DNA of 64,000 bases from Squalus acanthias (lineage: Eukaryota). The stretch's first letter is position 1. Each line of letters starts with the position of its first letter. The stretch is from the NCBI GenBank assembly GCA_030390025.1, contig CM059432.1, forward strand, positions 99,822,001 through 99,886,000, in the 5' to 3' direction. A program made the translations under genes and the position numbers. The notes under the pieces were generated by a model. That model was not told the DNA's origin and did not search any database. It saw nothing but the letters and a program-made list of their open reading frames with translations. This document shows positions 50,978-62,804 of the stretch, piece by piece.

Positions 50978-52234
50978 TTAAGTAAATCTGGCCATGTGAG
51001 GCCATCCCTGGCCTCCCAGGCAACAATGTGCTCGGGTGCTGGTGGGATCTGGACGTCAGGTTCCTCCTGCTCCTCCTCCTCATCTTCCAACTGATGCTCT
51101 TCCTCCTCCTCTTTCTCCGAAGAGGCAGTGTGCTCAGAGTCTAGCTCCTCAAGCAGAGTCTAGCTCCTCAAGCAGCGCTAATCCTCGCTACTGCACTATG
51201 TTGTGCAGGGCGCAGCAGACAACGATGATTCTGGAGACCCTGGCTGGTGCATACTGAAGGGCTCCTCCAGGTCTGTCAAGGCACCTGAAGCACATTTTGA
51301 GCATGCCTATTGTCTGCTCTATGACACATCTGTTGGACATGTGGCTTTCATTATATCTCTCCTTGGCCTCAGTACTTGGCCTCCTCAAGGGTGTCATGAG
51401 CCACATCTTCAGTGGATAGCCCTTGTCTCCAAGCAGCCAGCTGGTAAGTCTGTTTGGCGGTGAAGAGCTGAGGGAGGCTGGACTGGTGCAGGACGAAAGA
51501 GTCATGGCAGCTGCCAGGGAATTTGACGCACACATGCATGATAATCTTCCTATAGTCGCAGACCAGCTGCACATTGAGGGAGTGGAAGCCCTTGCGGTTG
51601 ACATACACTCCTGGGTTATGATGGGGTGTCCTAATGGCCACATGTGTGCAGTCGATGACGCCCTGCACCCGTGGGAAGCCAGCCAGAGTGGCAAAGCCCA
51701 GCGCCCGTTCAGTAACACTGGCATTATCAGTGGCAAAGTTGATATAATTGGCTGACTTGTCAAATAGGGCATCAGTGACCTGTGTGATGCATCTGTGGGC
51801 AGCTGACTGCGAGATCCTGCAAATGTCTGCTGCTGATCCCCGGAAGGAGCCTGAGGCGAAGAAGTTGAGGGCGCTGGTGACTTTGACAGTCACTGGTAAG
51901 GTGTTTCTACCAGGTCCTCTGGGCTGCAGGTCTTGCTTCAGCAAGCTGCAAATGTCTGCGATGATGTGGCGCGATAGCCAGAGCCTCCTTTGGCACTGCT
52001 GCTCAGTCATGTTGAGGAAGCTCATCCTCTGCCTGTATACCCTGTGTTGGGGTATCGCCTCTAACACGGTGCAGCCCTGTGCTGATGCCCCCTGTCTTGT
52101 GCAGCATCAGGTGGTTGAGGAGAAGGTTGGTGGTGTTGTTGTTGGTGCTGTTGGTGTGCCTGGTGCTGCTGGTGTTGGGGCTCATCCTGGTCCGATTCTG
52201 AGGACCAAGGTGAGACAGTATAAACGGCACCCAT
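50978..52234 (-). pseudogene. HARBI1-like transposase of Harbinger D (few frameshifts)
   Basis: ORFs 51369-52067 and 51188-51772 together give [39 protein letters not shown] and CCALHNI. Confidence 0.93.
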
Positions 52235-53221
52235 GCTGATGTAATAGATGGCAGGTCAAGTAGAGATGAGATAAGCAATCTGTCAATGGTGTGATAGTTA
52301 AAAGCAATGAGATGAGAGTGGCTTCCGAAGTTGTAGAAAAGACTTGCAAACTGTAGACACCTAAATCTGTGCTCAAAATGCACTCAGGAAGAGCCTTTCC
52401 CTAAGGCAAGTAAGCAGGTGTCATGTGGGAGTATTTATTGTGCTTTCCATTTTCTGCAGTAATGACTTCAATCAATGGCCACTGAACTTCCGCCTCAGCT
52501 TGACAGACGTGGTTCCCGAGCTGCGTGATTCCCGTGGGCATCCAGTGAAATTCAAAAGGTCTGGTTAAAAAGACTGTTAAGGGTCTGACAACAAGGTATT
52601 AATGAGCTAAATTAGGTCACCTGCCTCTGCCGTTCGAGTCCGTGCCGCGCTGGGCAAACCCGCCCGAGTTAAAGGTGCAAGGAGGCGGGATGACGGCAGG
52701 CTCCTGACCTGCTTCCATTTTTTGCGACTTTTACTCCTGGCCTGCCTCCAATCCCGCACGCACAGCAGCATGAAAGTTCCAGCTCTCTTTGTCCAGGGAT
52801 TAGTTCATAGGACTGCCAATAAATTTTGTATCCCCTACCCTCTCCTTCTCTCCCCCCTGGACATGAGTCTCATCCAAACCTCATGTTGTACATCCCTGAA
52901 TTCAATTCCTCCAATCATCTCATGTGTGGCCTCTGAAAGTTTTCGCAATGTGATAATAATCTACCTAATGTCCCAATCTGAAAAGGACTGCAGCTTTCGA
53001 TGTCTGGCTCATTAACTGATTGGAGAGCTCATTAGCACACCTATCCCCCACTTTGTACCAATGGCTCCAGCTTATTTCCCGCAGTGAAGTTAACCCCTTG
53101 TGAGTTAAATTTAACTTACTAGTAACATTTTAATAAGAATCATAACAAGATGTGGCAAAATGGTCAGGATCCGGAAACGCAATGAACACCTCATTTTAAC
53201 GTCTCTCAGAAATGTAACAAC

Positions 53222-53353
53222 CACCTGTTATAGAAACCACCTGATATTCATTTCCATTCATTTCAATGGAAATTTAAATCGGATGGTTTCTGTAACAGGC
53301 AGCCAATCCGCAACGCCAGTTGTACGTTTGGGCGGCAAATGAAGATCATCCCC
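53222..53353. mobile_element. Fragment of the palindromic MITE family of 3916-4100
   Basis: cctgttatagaaacc...ggtttctgtaacagg internal palindrome. Confidence 0.55.
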
Positions 53354-54476
53354 AAGTCTTGAAACCCAGAACCTTTTGATCCTTGGGTAAAAGAGCTACC
53401 AACTGAACCAAGTTGACATAATAAGGTTACTTTTCCAACTTTCTGTTACCCACGGAGAGTCTTATCCACTGGGATTATATACTGAAAATTTGGGGTTTAT
53501 ATGATTTTTTGAGGATTATTTTAAATAATCAAAAAAGTATGCTTGCTCAAATTTTCTACACGCACTTCTATCAGGCAATGGTAATGCAAAGTGGGAAAAT
53601 GACCCTTCGAGGTAAAGTCAGCTGTATGTTGCTTTCCTTAGTTCCTCTGTTGATAAAGGACTGGCTTCATTGTGATGAATGTGGCTTTTCTTTTGACTCT
53701 TCTTCAATGGATAATGAAGTCTCTAAATGGCAACACTGAAGTATGTGAAACCTTGAAGGGCTTACAAGAATTATTCGAATAATCTTTCCCCTATGTGCAC
53801 TTTTTTGGTAAATATTAATTTTGTATGTCTTGCATTGATTAATGAGGCCGACATCCTCTAAGTATTCCCTTAAATACAGAATATCATGGAAACAATGAAA
53901 CATGCTTAACTCTATTTTTGCGGGTTCATTGTTACATCATAAATGTACAATATACTGATTAACTGAACACTTTTTGACCCTAGGTTCAAAGCCATATCTC
54001 TATGTCATCGTTTAATTGCACATGAAAGGGTGTCTCAATTGAATGGACCACAGCAACACTGTGTGAGAACATAACAAAATACATTATAAGAAAAGAGATT
54101 TCATTCCATCTGGACCATTTTACTCAATAGATAATGTATCATTTGCACTGCTATAGACTCTAACAAAATAATTTAATTTCCTGAGGGAAGAAAATAACCA
54201 TAGATAAAACTCCGAAGATAAAGCTATCCAAAATAAATTTCTGATCTCCAAACTCTGGGATATCAATTTAACGTTACAAACTACAGTATTAAACTCCAGG
54301 TCACAGATGAAATTTCATTGATATCCAGCAGCAAAGGGAGCATGATATTCCATCAGGTATTTGATCATCTAGATCTCTGTGGTAAATTTAACAAGGCTGC
54401 ACTTCCATCTAGCGAGGCCCCATCCGGAAGCACAGCCGTACCAAATTTACTCCTATATCTACTGTTATGACTTTAG

Positions 54477-55210
54477 GAACATAAGAAGAGAAGTATACCA
54501 TTCAGCCCCTCGAGCCTATTTCACAATTCAATTAGATCATGGCAGATCTGTATTTTAACTCCAACTATCTGACTTTCACATTCATTTTTGAAAGGTAATT
54601 GTCCAACTCCTTTTTAAAGACATTAACATAGCATGTCTCTTTGACAGTCTATGTCACCTATTCACTACTCTGTGGTTAATAACAAAAGAATATTTTGAGC
54701 TCCAGTCTCACTTGAAACTTTTTCATTTTGCACTGATGTCCTTGAATGATACGATCACAGTGAAAGAAAAAGATCTGCAGATGCTGGAAATCGAAATCGA
54801 AAATGCTGGAAAAGTATGACAGGTCCCATGTTAAATCTGGCAAATCTCTTGGCATAATTTAGGACAGCGAGTCTAAGAATCATCAATCTTCTGAGGATCT
54901 TTTGCACTTTTGATGGTAGGGTGTCCAAAACTGTAACCAGTATTCCAACTGTGGCCTTACCAATGATTTATACACTGCTAAAATAATTTGTTTTGAGTAT
55001 AGTCAAATGTCCTTGATATGCATCCCAGAATATGATTTGCTTTGTTGATTATAGCTTCACACTGCCTGGATACTTTTCATGATTAGTTAATAATCACCTC
55101 AAAACCTTTTCCCCTTTCCAGTTTTATTAATGGCTGTCCCATCATCATATACAATCTTCCTATTTCATGTTTCAATGTGATAATCTTATATTTTTCCACA
55201 TTAAAATCTC
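54477..55210 (-). mobile_element. Old degraded CR1-clade 3' fragment
   Basis: gaacataag...ccattcagcccctcgagcc tail and a tccaaaactgtaaccagtattccaactgtggcc (RPQLEY..QFW) remnant. Confidence 0.55.
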
Positions 55211-57461
55211 TCATTTTTTTAGTCAATTGGTTAATGTGAAGATGTCAACCCTTACACGTTTCTGATTCAGTTATTGGCCAGTCCAACTATGCGTTGGCTG
55301 GACACATTCCTGCAGGAAGTTCTGACATATCTGTGAAGAAATAGCTCCCACTTTGTGGATTTTTTGTTTATTTTTGTTTTAAAAATAACTGAACAAAATC
55401 TCCAGGCCTGTGAATAAATATAGCACAGGGTAGGACTGTGCACCTGCTCTGTACTTAAAATGAGAAACCTCACAGTCAAACTAACATCCTCCTCCTATTC
55501 CCACACCATCAGTCTTTATACTCAAATTCGACTCCCATTTCTTCACGTAATTTTCGGAAAATAGTGCTGCCTTCTTACTACTTCCCTGTAAGGGAGCTTT
55601 GGGTGTTTGTTGCCATCCCAGCTGTTGCACAGCAACACAAACCCATTCATAAGGAACGGAACCTTTAAATGAACATGCAAACCACCAACATGCAAGTCAT
55701 AACTTCTAGGACACATAATTTAAATTAAAAACTTGCCATGTCATTAAAAGTAGGAACAATAAAAAAAGCATGCCTGGTTGCCTTTAAAAAATCAAGATCT
55801 TCTTGGTCCACCACGAGGATTTTAGATGCACCTGCCCCATTAATGGTGCTGCTGCCTTTAAGTCCTGTTCTCACTGCATCCAGTAGAGCACCTCCAAAAG
55901 TGCTTGAAGTCCATCCTCTTCATTATATTGAGGGCCGGCAGGAAATCCTAGTGCTTTATTACTTCCCTTGGGGTGGGACAGGTTTGATTTACAAGGACAC
56001 AGGAGATGGTTAATATGTATGAGCTGCTCAGCAGCTGTTGTCAGTTTTACTCCTGAGGTGAGGCAACCCACTTCCCAGATGAAAAACTGAAGGGCTGGTC
56101 AATAGGCAAGTACTGTATAAAACTGAATGATTCCTCTATTAGATAGAGAGACAGCATCTATCTGTGAGGTTCAGATAAAATAGGTGAGTATAATTCCGGG
56201 CTCTTGTGCATCTCTTACATCGTAATGGTTATTTGATTCAAATGCCTTGCCTAATTGTGTGGTCCTAATTATATCTAAATCAGCATGGCATATAGCAAGG
56301 CTTTACTAATTGATAACCTTTTTTGTATCTCAATAAACTGTTCTAGTGTTATCTAACTGTGTTTAGCACTCCATTTGAACTCAGCAACTAAACATCATCA
56401 GGGTTTGCTCTTGATGAAGCCTAAAAGGATATAATTTCAATAAGTGGTGACAGCTCATATGGAACGTTTATGCCTTAATATGGTCCTGTTCATAAAGATC
56501 AGGTTCTATTGTTGGCCTGTGCTGAGTTTTCTGATCTCATCCTGGGTGACAGTGACACTAAAATCAAACACGGTTTCACATCTTAATTGCTACTTGCTGA
56601 GTCTTGCTGAATGTGCATGCATGTGGTTGTTGAGTGAGAGCAGATTTAGGCTCACTTTTGATGCCCTCCTTATGATTGAATAGTTTGCTGAAAATTGCTG
56701 CCTACGATCATGTGTGAAGAAAGGTAACTTGGGTGAGATACCAGAGTGCTCCCACTGCCTGGTGAACCATACCACAGCATGAGTCAGGAAGAGAACGTTA
56801 GTGAACAAAGAATAAAAACAATTGCACTGATAATTCACTCCGATTGTGTTTTTTTAAAGCCGCTCTGCATATTCGTTAAGCTCGAGGGTTGTGCTGCATG
56901 GTCCACAAAGATCAATGGGTACAACTCTTGTAACAATTGATTCATTGTGACATCCATAAAAATACATGGACTCGGAGAGGAAGTAATTGCACTATCTTTG
57001 TGAAAATCTATGTTTTTTTTAACTCACTAATATTGATTCACCCCTAGATGCCCTGTTATCTGCAGAAATTCAGAGTTAAATGCATGTTGTGCTTGTAATC
57101 CAAAAATCTTCAATTAATAATTATGTTTCAAATATCAAGTTTATTTTTGCTTCCCCATTTCTTTTTCCATCACTTTGCTCCCCTGCTTCCTGGTAAGCAT
57201 TTATTCCTTGCTGTGGTATAGTTTGACTGCTAACTGTTGTCATCTGATATCTTTCACTTTCTACCCTCCATAAACTTGAGGTCATCCAAAACTCTGCTGC
57301 CCATGTCCTAACTCGTACCAAGTCCCGCTCACCCATCACCCTTGGATTTTTTTGATTTTATTGAAGTAGTGGCTTGGTGCAATGCATGTTAAAAGTTTTT
57401 TAAGTGTGCAGGGAATGCTGCTGGATGTTTGAAAAGCCTCAGATGGTAAAGGAAGGCCTCT

Positions 57462-57597
57462 GAGAAGACAGAAAATGCTGGAAAAACTCAGCAGGTCAGG
57501 CAGCATCCGTGGAGAGAGAAACAGAGTTCACATCTCAGGTTGAGCTGCTGAGTATTTCCAGCATTTTATGCTTTTATTTCAGATTTAAAGCATCCGC
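57462..57597. mobile_element. Short inverted PLE-terminal-repeat-type insertion
   Basis: aaaatgctggaaaaactcagcag ... ctgctgagtatttccagcatttt. Same family as 47523. Confidence 0.65.
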
Positions 57598-57735
57598 TCA
57601 CAGAGGGAAGAGGAAAACGCAGAAGAAGAGGGAGCAGAAGAGGAGGAAGCAGAAGAAGAAGAAGTAGAAGAGGAGGAAGCAGAAGAGGAGGAAGCATAAG
57701 GAAGGATGCAACCCAGACAGCCCCTTTCTGGCCAG
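57598..57735 (+). pseudogene. Harbinger transposase acidic C-terminal remnant
   Basis: Poly-Glu codons followed by caacccagacagcccctttctg, as at ~6585. Confidence 0.55.
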
Positions 57736-58340
57736 GATATCAACAGATTTTTAGCAATCTCCAATTTCTAGGCCAGAGTCTCCAGGTTAATGTGAAAAAA
57801 AAATCACCAAGGATTACCACTCTAAAACACTGCCCATTGATTACTGTTGAAAGTGTGCATACATGAATGTCAGACAGGGACAGGACCGAGTTGAAATTCC
57901 ATGTTTCTGCAGCTAAGTAGCCTTCTAACACTTACTGTTGAAGCTCACAGATTAAGGGTGATCAGTTGGGAAAGGTACTGGAGGGTTGCCATTTCCCCTA
58001 GAACTGCACTCCAGCATGAGCCCCCACCTTCAAGAGAAGAAAGATAAGGGCAGAATATTGACGGAATTGCCAAAAAACCCAGATATCGGCTGTATCATTA
58101 TCTGATTATTAATATAACCAAAGGGCGTCAAATAAGTGTGGCCACAGATGGTGAAATGAACACTGTGACTGGGATGATGTGAGTACCTGGCAGGATTTTA
58201 TGCTTGAGTTACACCAGCTCTCCAATATAGCTCAAGTCTAGATGTTGGAACATTTTCAAGAGTTTATACACTGATATCCCCACTAACCTCGCCAGTACTG
58301 GTGTTTCCTGTCCAAAGTAATGTCAGGCATATATTACGTT

Positions 58341-58492
58341 AAAAAGCAAAATACTGCGGATGCTGGAAATCTGAAATAAAAACAGAAAATGCCGGAAATA
58401 CTCAGCAGGTCAGGCAGCATCTGTGGAGAGAGAAACAGAGTTAGCGTTTCAGGTCGATGACCCATCACCAGAACTGAAAAAAGTTAGAGATG
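58341..58492 (-). mobile_element. Short PLE-terminal-repeat-type insertion with degenerate hammerhead
   Basis: Minus strand reads GTT-CTGGTGA-tgggtcatcgacct-GAAA-CGCT-AAC. TSD TATTACGTT at 58332 and 58493. Confidence 0.7.
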
Positions 58493-60004
58493 TATTACGT
58501 TCAATCCAATATGGACAGGTATATTATAATAAGATGCAAATGATGAGAATGCAGCATATACCGTAGATCCTATCATTTGCACATTAGCAACACTGGGCGC
58601 AAGCTTGGCATTGAGCATTGCTATGGGCAGCTATGGGGGATTTAAAATTTTAAATCTCTCCATGAAAATTGAATCAACCATGGGCAATTGATTAATCTCC
58701 CTAACCTAGTGATTTCCAAATATTGTTCTGTCTATGGTAGCTCCACAGGCCGCCAACCATGTTACACCATGGTAGGCTTTAAGGCCCAGTTGTAGCCATG
58801 TTCTTTTGCACCCCCACACCCCGCTTCCCCCAGGTAGACTCCCCAATAGAAGCCAGGGAACTCCCTTCAATTATGCAAAATACTGGGAACCCAGAAAATC
58901 AGCTGGGATCATGGGGTTTATCATTGTAGTGGCAGAATTCCTGCCTGACCAAAGATGAGTTTGGATTCCACAGAAGTGGAAAATCATAGCCAGCATTTGT
59001 GGATTGCAAGAAGAAGGGTTAAATTGTGTAGATTGTACTATTTGTTGAAGTTCTGTTATATATTGCCTTCAGGCATAAGGGAGACATTTTAGAGAACTTT
59101 GGCCACAAAATTCGGCTCCTTAGCGCCTGGTGTTTTGGCGCTAGGAGAGCCGTTTCAGCTTCTGGTGGGAGTTGTGCCAGATGCCATTGTGGTGAGGATG
59201 TTAGCCCGCATGCAGTGAGCATCTGCTGGAATTATGCAGAGCAGGCAGATCGTGACGTGCACGCTGATTTGACGCCAGCGCTGCCATTTTTGATCTCAAC
59301 GCTCCAGCTAACGCCCTCTCTTAAACTCGCATAGCTGAACACGCGATGAGCAGCAGGAAGGACCCTCCACCAGCACTATTTAAAGGGATCATCAACTACT
59401 TTTAGGTGAGTTGCTGATTGATTTCTGCTCGCTGTTGCTATGACTGTACAAGTGTTTGGTGCTTTCTAGAATTCTTTAAAGTTGCTAAAGTATACAGGGA
59501 GTGGAGTGGCAGGTGCTGAAGGACTTTGTCATGACTTCAAGGCTTCTGCACAAACCAGTTGCTCCCAGACATAGGTGCACTAGTAGAAATTCGCCTTGGA
59601 ATACAGCATGACCTGGAGAATGAACAGAGGGAAGACAGAGCAGAACAAGCTGCTGGCAGAGGGAGGAGGTGGAGGGGGAGAAGGGCTCTCAGCTTGAGGC
59701 CATATCGGCCCAGGATGTTTAGGGAGTAACTCAGCTACCTGAACCTCAGCGAGGAACAGCGAGTGTGTAAGACGTCTGTGCTTCAGTAAAGACGTCCTCA
59801 CTGAAATCTGCCACCTGCTGCAGCCACAACTGCAACCTAAGAGCACAGCGAGGATTGCATTGCCAGTCGTTTTGAAGGTGACCATGGCCATGAACTTTTA
59901 TTGTCGGGCTCCTTCCAGGCTGGAGCTGGAGAGATTTGCAATATCTCCCAGTTTGCCATCCACTGTTGCATAAGGGAGGTCACTGAGGCTCTGTATTCCA
60001 AGAG

Positions 60005-61452
60005 AAAAGAAAGACTTGCATTTATTTACTGCCTTTCACAACCTCAGGAAGTTGCAAAGCACATTACAGGCAATGAAGTACTTTTTGAAGTTTAGTCACT
60101 GTTGCAATGTAGGAAACGCGACAGCCAATTTGCGCACAGCAAGCTCTCACAAATAGCAATTGGCGACATCATTCGAAAACACAGCATCAGTTTCCACATG
60201 TACGCTGACGACACCTAGCTCTACCTCACTGCCAGTTCTCTCAACCCCTCCATGGTCTCTAAATTGTAAGACTGCTTGTCTGACATCCAGTTCTGGATGA
60301 GCAGAAATTTTCTCCAATTAAATATTGGGACGACAGAAGCCATTGTTTCTGGTCCCCGCCACAAACTCCGTTCCCTAGCCACTGACTCCATCCCTCTCCC
60401 TAACATCTGTCTGAGGCTGAACCACACTGTTCGCAAACTTGGTGTCATATTTGACCCTGAAATGAGCTTCCGACCACATATCCGCAGCATAACTAAGATC
60501 GCCTATTTCCACCTCCGTAACATCGCCCGTCTCCGCCCTTGCCTCAGCTAATCCACTGCTGAAACCCTCATCCATGCCTTTGTTACCTCTAGACTTGACT
60601 ATACCAACGCACTCCTGGCTGGCCTCCCACATTCTACCCTACGTAAAGTTGAGGTCATCCAAAACTCGGCTGCCCGTGTCCTAACTCGCACCAAGTCCCG
60701 TTCGCCCATCACCCCTGTGCTCACTGACCTACATTGGCTCCCGGTTAAGCAACGCCTCGATTTCAAAATTCTCATCTTTGTTTTCAAATCCCTCCATGGC
60801 CTCGCCCCTCCCTATCTCTGTAATCTCCTTCAGCCTCACAACCCCCCAAGATATCTGCGCTCCTCTAATTCTGCCCTCGTGAGCATCCCTGATTATAATC
60901 GCTCAACCATTGGTGGCTGTGCCTTCTGTTGCCTAGGCCCTAAGCTCTGGAATTCCCTGCCTAAACCTCTCCGCCTCGCTACCTCTCTTTCCTCCCTTAA
61001 GACGCTCCTTAAAACCTACCTCTTTGACCAAGCTTTTGGTCACCTGCCCTAATTTCTCTTTATGTGGCTCGGTGTCAAATTTTTTGTCTTTTAACACTTA
61101 TGTGAAGCACCTTGGGATGTTTTACTACGTTAAAGGCGCTATATAAATACAAGTTGTTGTTGTTGTTGATAATGAACAAATAATCTATTTTTGTGATGTT
61201 GATTGAGGGGTAAATATTGGCCAGGACACCAGGGATAACACCCTTGCTCTTCTTTGAAATAGTGCTATGGGATCTTTTACGTTCACCTGGGCAGAAATAT
61301 GACGGGCCAGTGTCAGCCAGTGGCTCAGTTGGTTGCATCCTCGCCTCTGAGTCAGAAGGTTGTGGATTCTAAGTCCCACTCCAGGGACTTGAGCACAAAA
61401 GTCTAGGCTGACATTCCAGTGCAGTACTGAGGGAGTGCTGCCCTGTTGGAGG
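60005..61452 (-). mobile_element. DeuSINE (SacSINE1-like) split by an L2, with inverted tRNA head
   Basis: Tail (-) at 60005-60160, Deu core (-) at ~61168-61293, and head (+) at ~61310-61452 (gtggctcagttgg...agtcccactccag). Confidence 0.75.
60161..61168 (+). mobile_element. L2 LINE 3' part
   Basis: HMYADDT, NFLQLN, RKLGVIFD, HAFVTSRLDY, LHWLPVKQRLDFKIL, and a (TTG)n tail. Confidence 0.92.
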
Positions 61453-61844
61453 TGGCTACTGGGCGACAAGGGCTATCCATTAACGACATGGCTCATGACT
61501 CCGGTGTGCAACCCACGTGCACTAGGGCAGCATGCATACAACGAAATGTCATACAGCACACGACTGGCCTGCTGAAACAACGTTTCTGCTACTTGGACCG
61601 CTCTGGAGAAACCCTGCGGTACTCAATAGAGGGAGTGTTAAGATTTGTGATGGTCTGCGGCATGCTGCACAACCTCACCATTATGAGGGCACAGCCCTTA
61701 CCACAAGCTATGTAGCTGAGGAGGAGGAAGAGGAAGGGAGGAGACAACCTAGGCAGCCACTTTTTGTCTGGGCTGTCTGTGAATGACTCATCTGCAATAC
61801 CAGTAAATGCAACCCCAATTCCCCATTCACCAACAGTCCCATAC

Positions 61845-62375
61845 CAGTAGAATGGTGAAAAGCTAAAAACAGTGGAGATCCAAAGAGACTTGGAGGTCCA
61901 GGTACATAGATCATTAAAATGTCATGAACAGGTGCAGAAAATAATCAAACAGGCTAATGGAATGATGGCCTTTATATCTAGAGGACTAGAATACAAGCAG
62001 GTAGATGTTATGCTACAGCTATACAAAGCCCTGGTTAGACCACACCTGGACTCCTGTGAGCAGTTCTGGGCACCACACCTTAGGAAGGATACATTGGCCC
62101 TGAGGGAGTGCAGCGTAGGTTTACCAGAATGATACCCAGACTCCAGGGGTTAAAATATGAGGAGAGACTACACAAACTAGGGTTGAAATTTAAAAGGTTA
62201 TGGGATGATTTGATCAACATTTTCAAGATATTAAGGGGAACAGATAGGGTAGATAGAAAGAAACTATTTCCACTGGTTGGGGATTCTAGGACTAGGGGGC
62301 ATAGTCTAAAAATTTGAGCCAGGCCTTTCAGGAGTGAAATTAGGAAACACTTCTACACACAAAAGGTGGTAGAAG
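61845..62375 (+). mobile_element. CR1 LINE fragment
   Basis: QRDLEVQVH...LVRPHLDSCEQFWAPH...SRTRGHSLKI. Confidence 0.85.
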
Positions 62376-62650
62376 TCGACAGCAGCTCCTAAACCCGCGA
62401 CCTCTACCACCTAGAAGGACAAGGGCAGCAGGCGCATGGGAACACCACCACCTCCATGTTCCCTCCAAGTCATACACCATCCTGACTTGGAAATAGATCG
62501 CCGTTCCTTCATCATCGCTGGGTTAAAATCCTGGAACTCCCTCCCTAACAGCACTATGGGAGTACCTTCACAGCACGGACTGCAGCGGTTCAAGAAAGCA
62601 GTCCACCACCTTCTCAAGGGCAATTAAGGATGGGCAATAAATGCTCGCTG
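62376..62650 (+). mobile_element. 3' end of the second CR1-clade LINE family
   Basis: KSWNSLPNSTMG...GLQRFKKAVHHLLKGN* followed by gggcaataaatgc. Confidence 0.8.
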
Positions 62651-62804
62651 TGATAATCTGCATGAACATCTTTACGGCCTTCTGCACATGCGTGCTCTTT
62701 ACCGAGGCCGCGCATGCGCAGTACCCAACAGTTGTGGCCTGCAGTATGGGCCACGCTTTCCTCGGCTCCATAAGGAGAAGGTCACTGGATTCATTGGTGG
62801 CTTG

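Larger units (their letters stand above)
46973..52785. mobile_element. PIF/Harbinger copy D, full length with two nested inserts
   Basis: GGTCGGAATTTTC / GAAAGTTCCAGCT ends, with Myb (+) and transposase (-) genes. Confidence 0.88.
59101..61842 (+). mobile_element. PIF/Harbinger copy E (family of A; transposase remnant, interrupted)
   Basis: GGCCACAAAATTCGG end. Transposase remnants at ~59570-60004 and ~61453-61800 ([16 protein letters not shown]). Confidence 0.82.

Noticed and set aside
50978..52234. Domesticated HARBI1 or NAIF1 host genes
   Set aside because: Multiple frameshifted copies lie within TIR-bounded units, so they are transposon copies.
53425..53739. ~105-codon open frame with a possible GTAAAG donor at 53612
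   Set aside because: No homology recognised, and the acceptor is weak or phase-incompatible.
61310..61390. tRNA gene
   Set aside because: It is a degenerate tRNA-derived SINE head contiguous with the SINE body.
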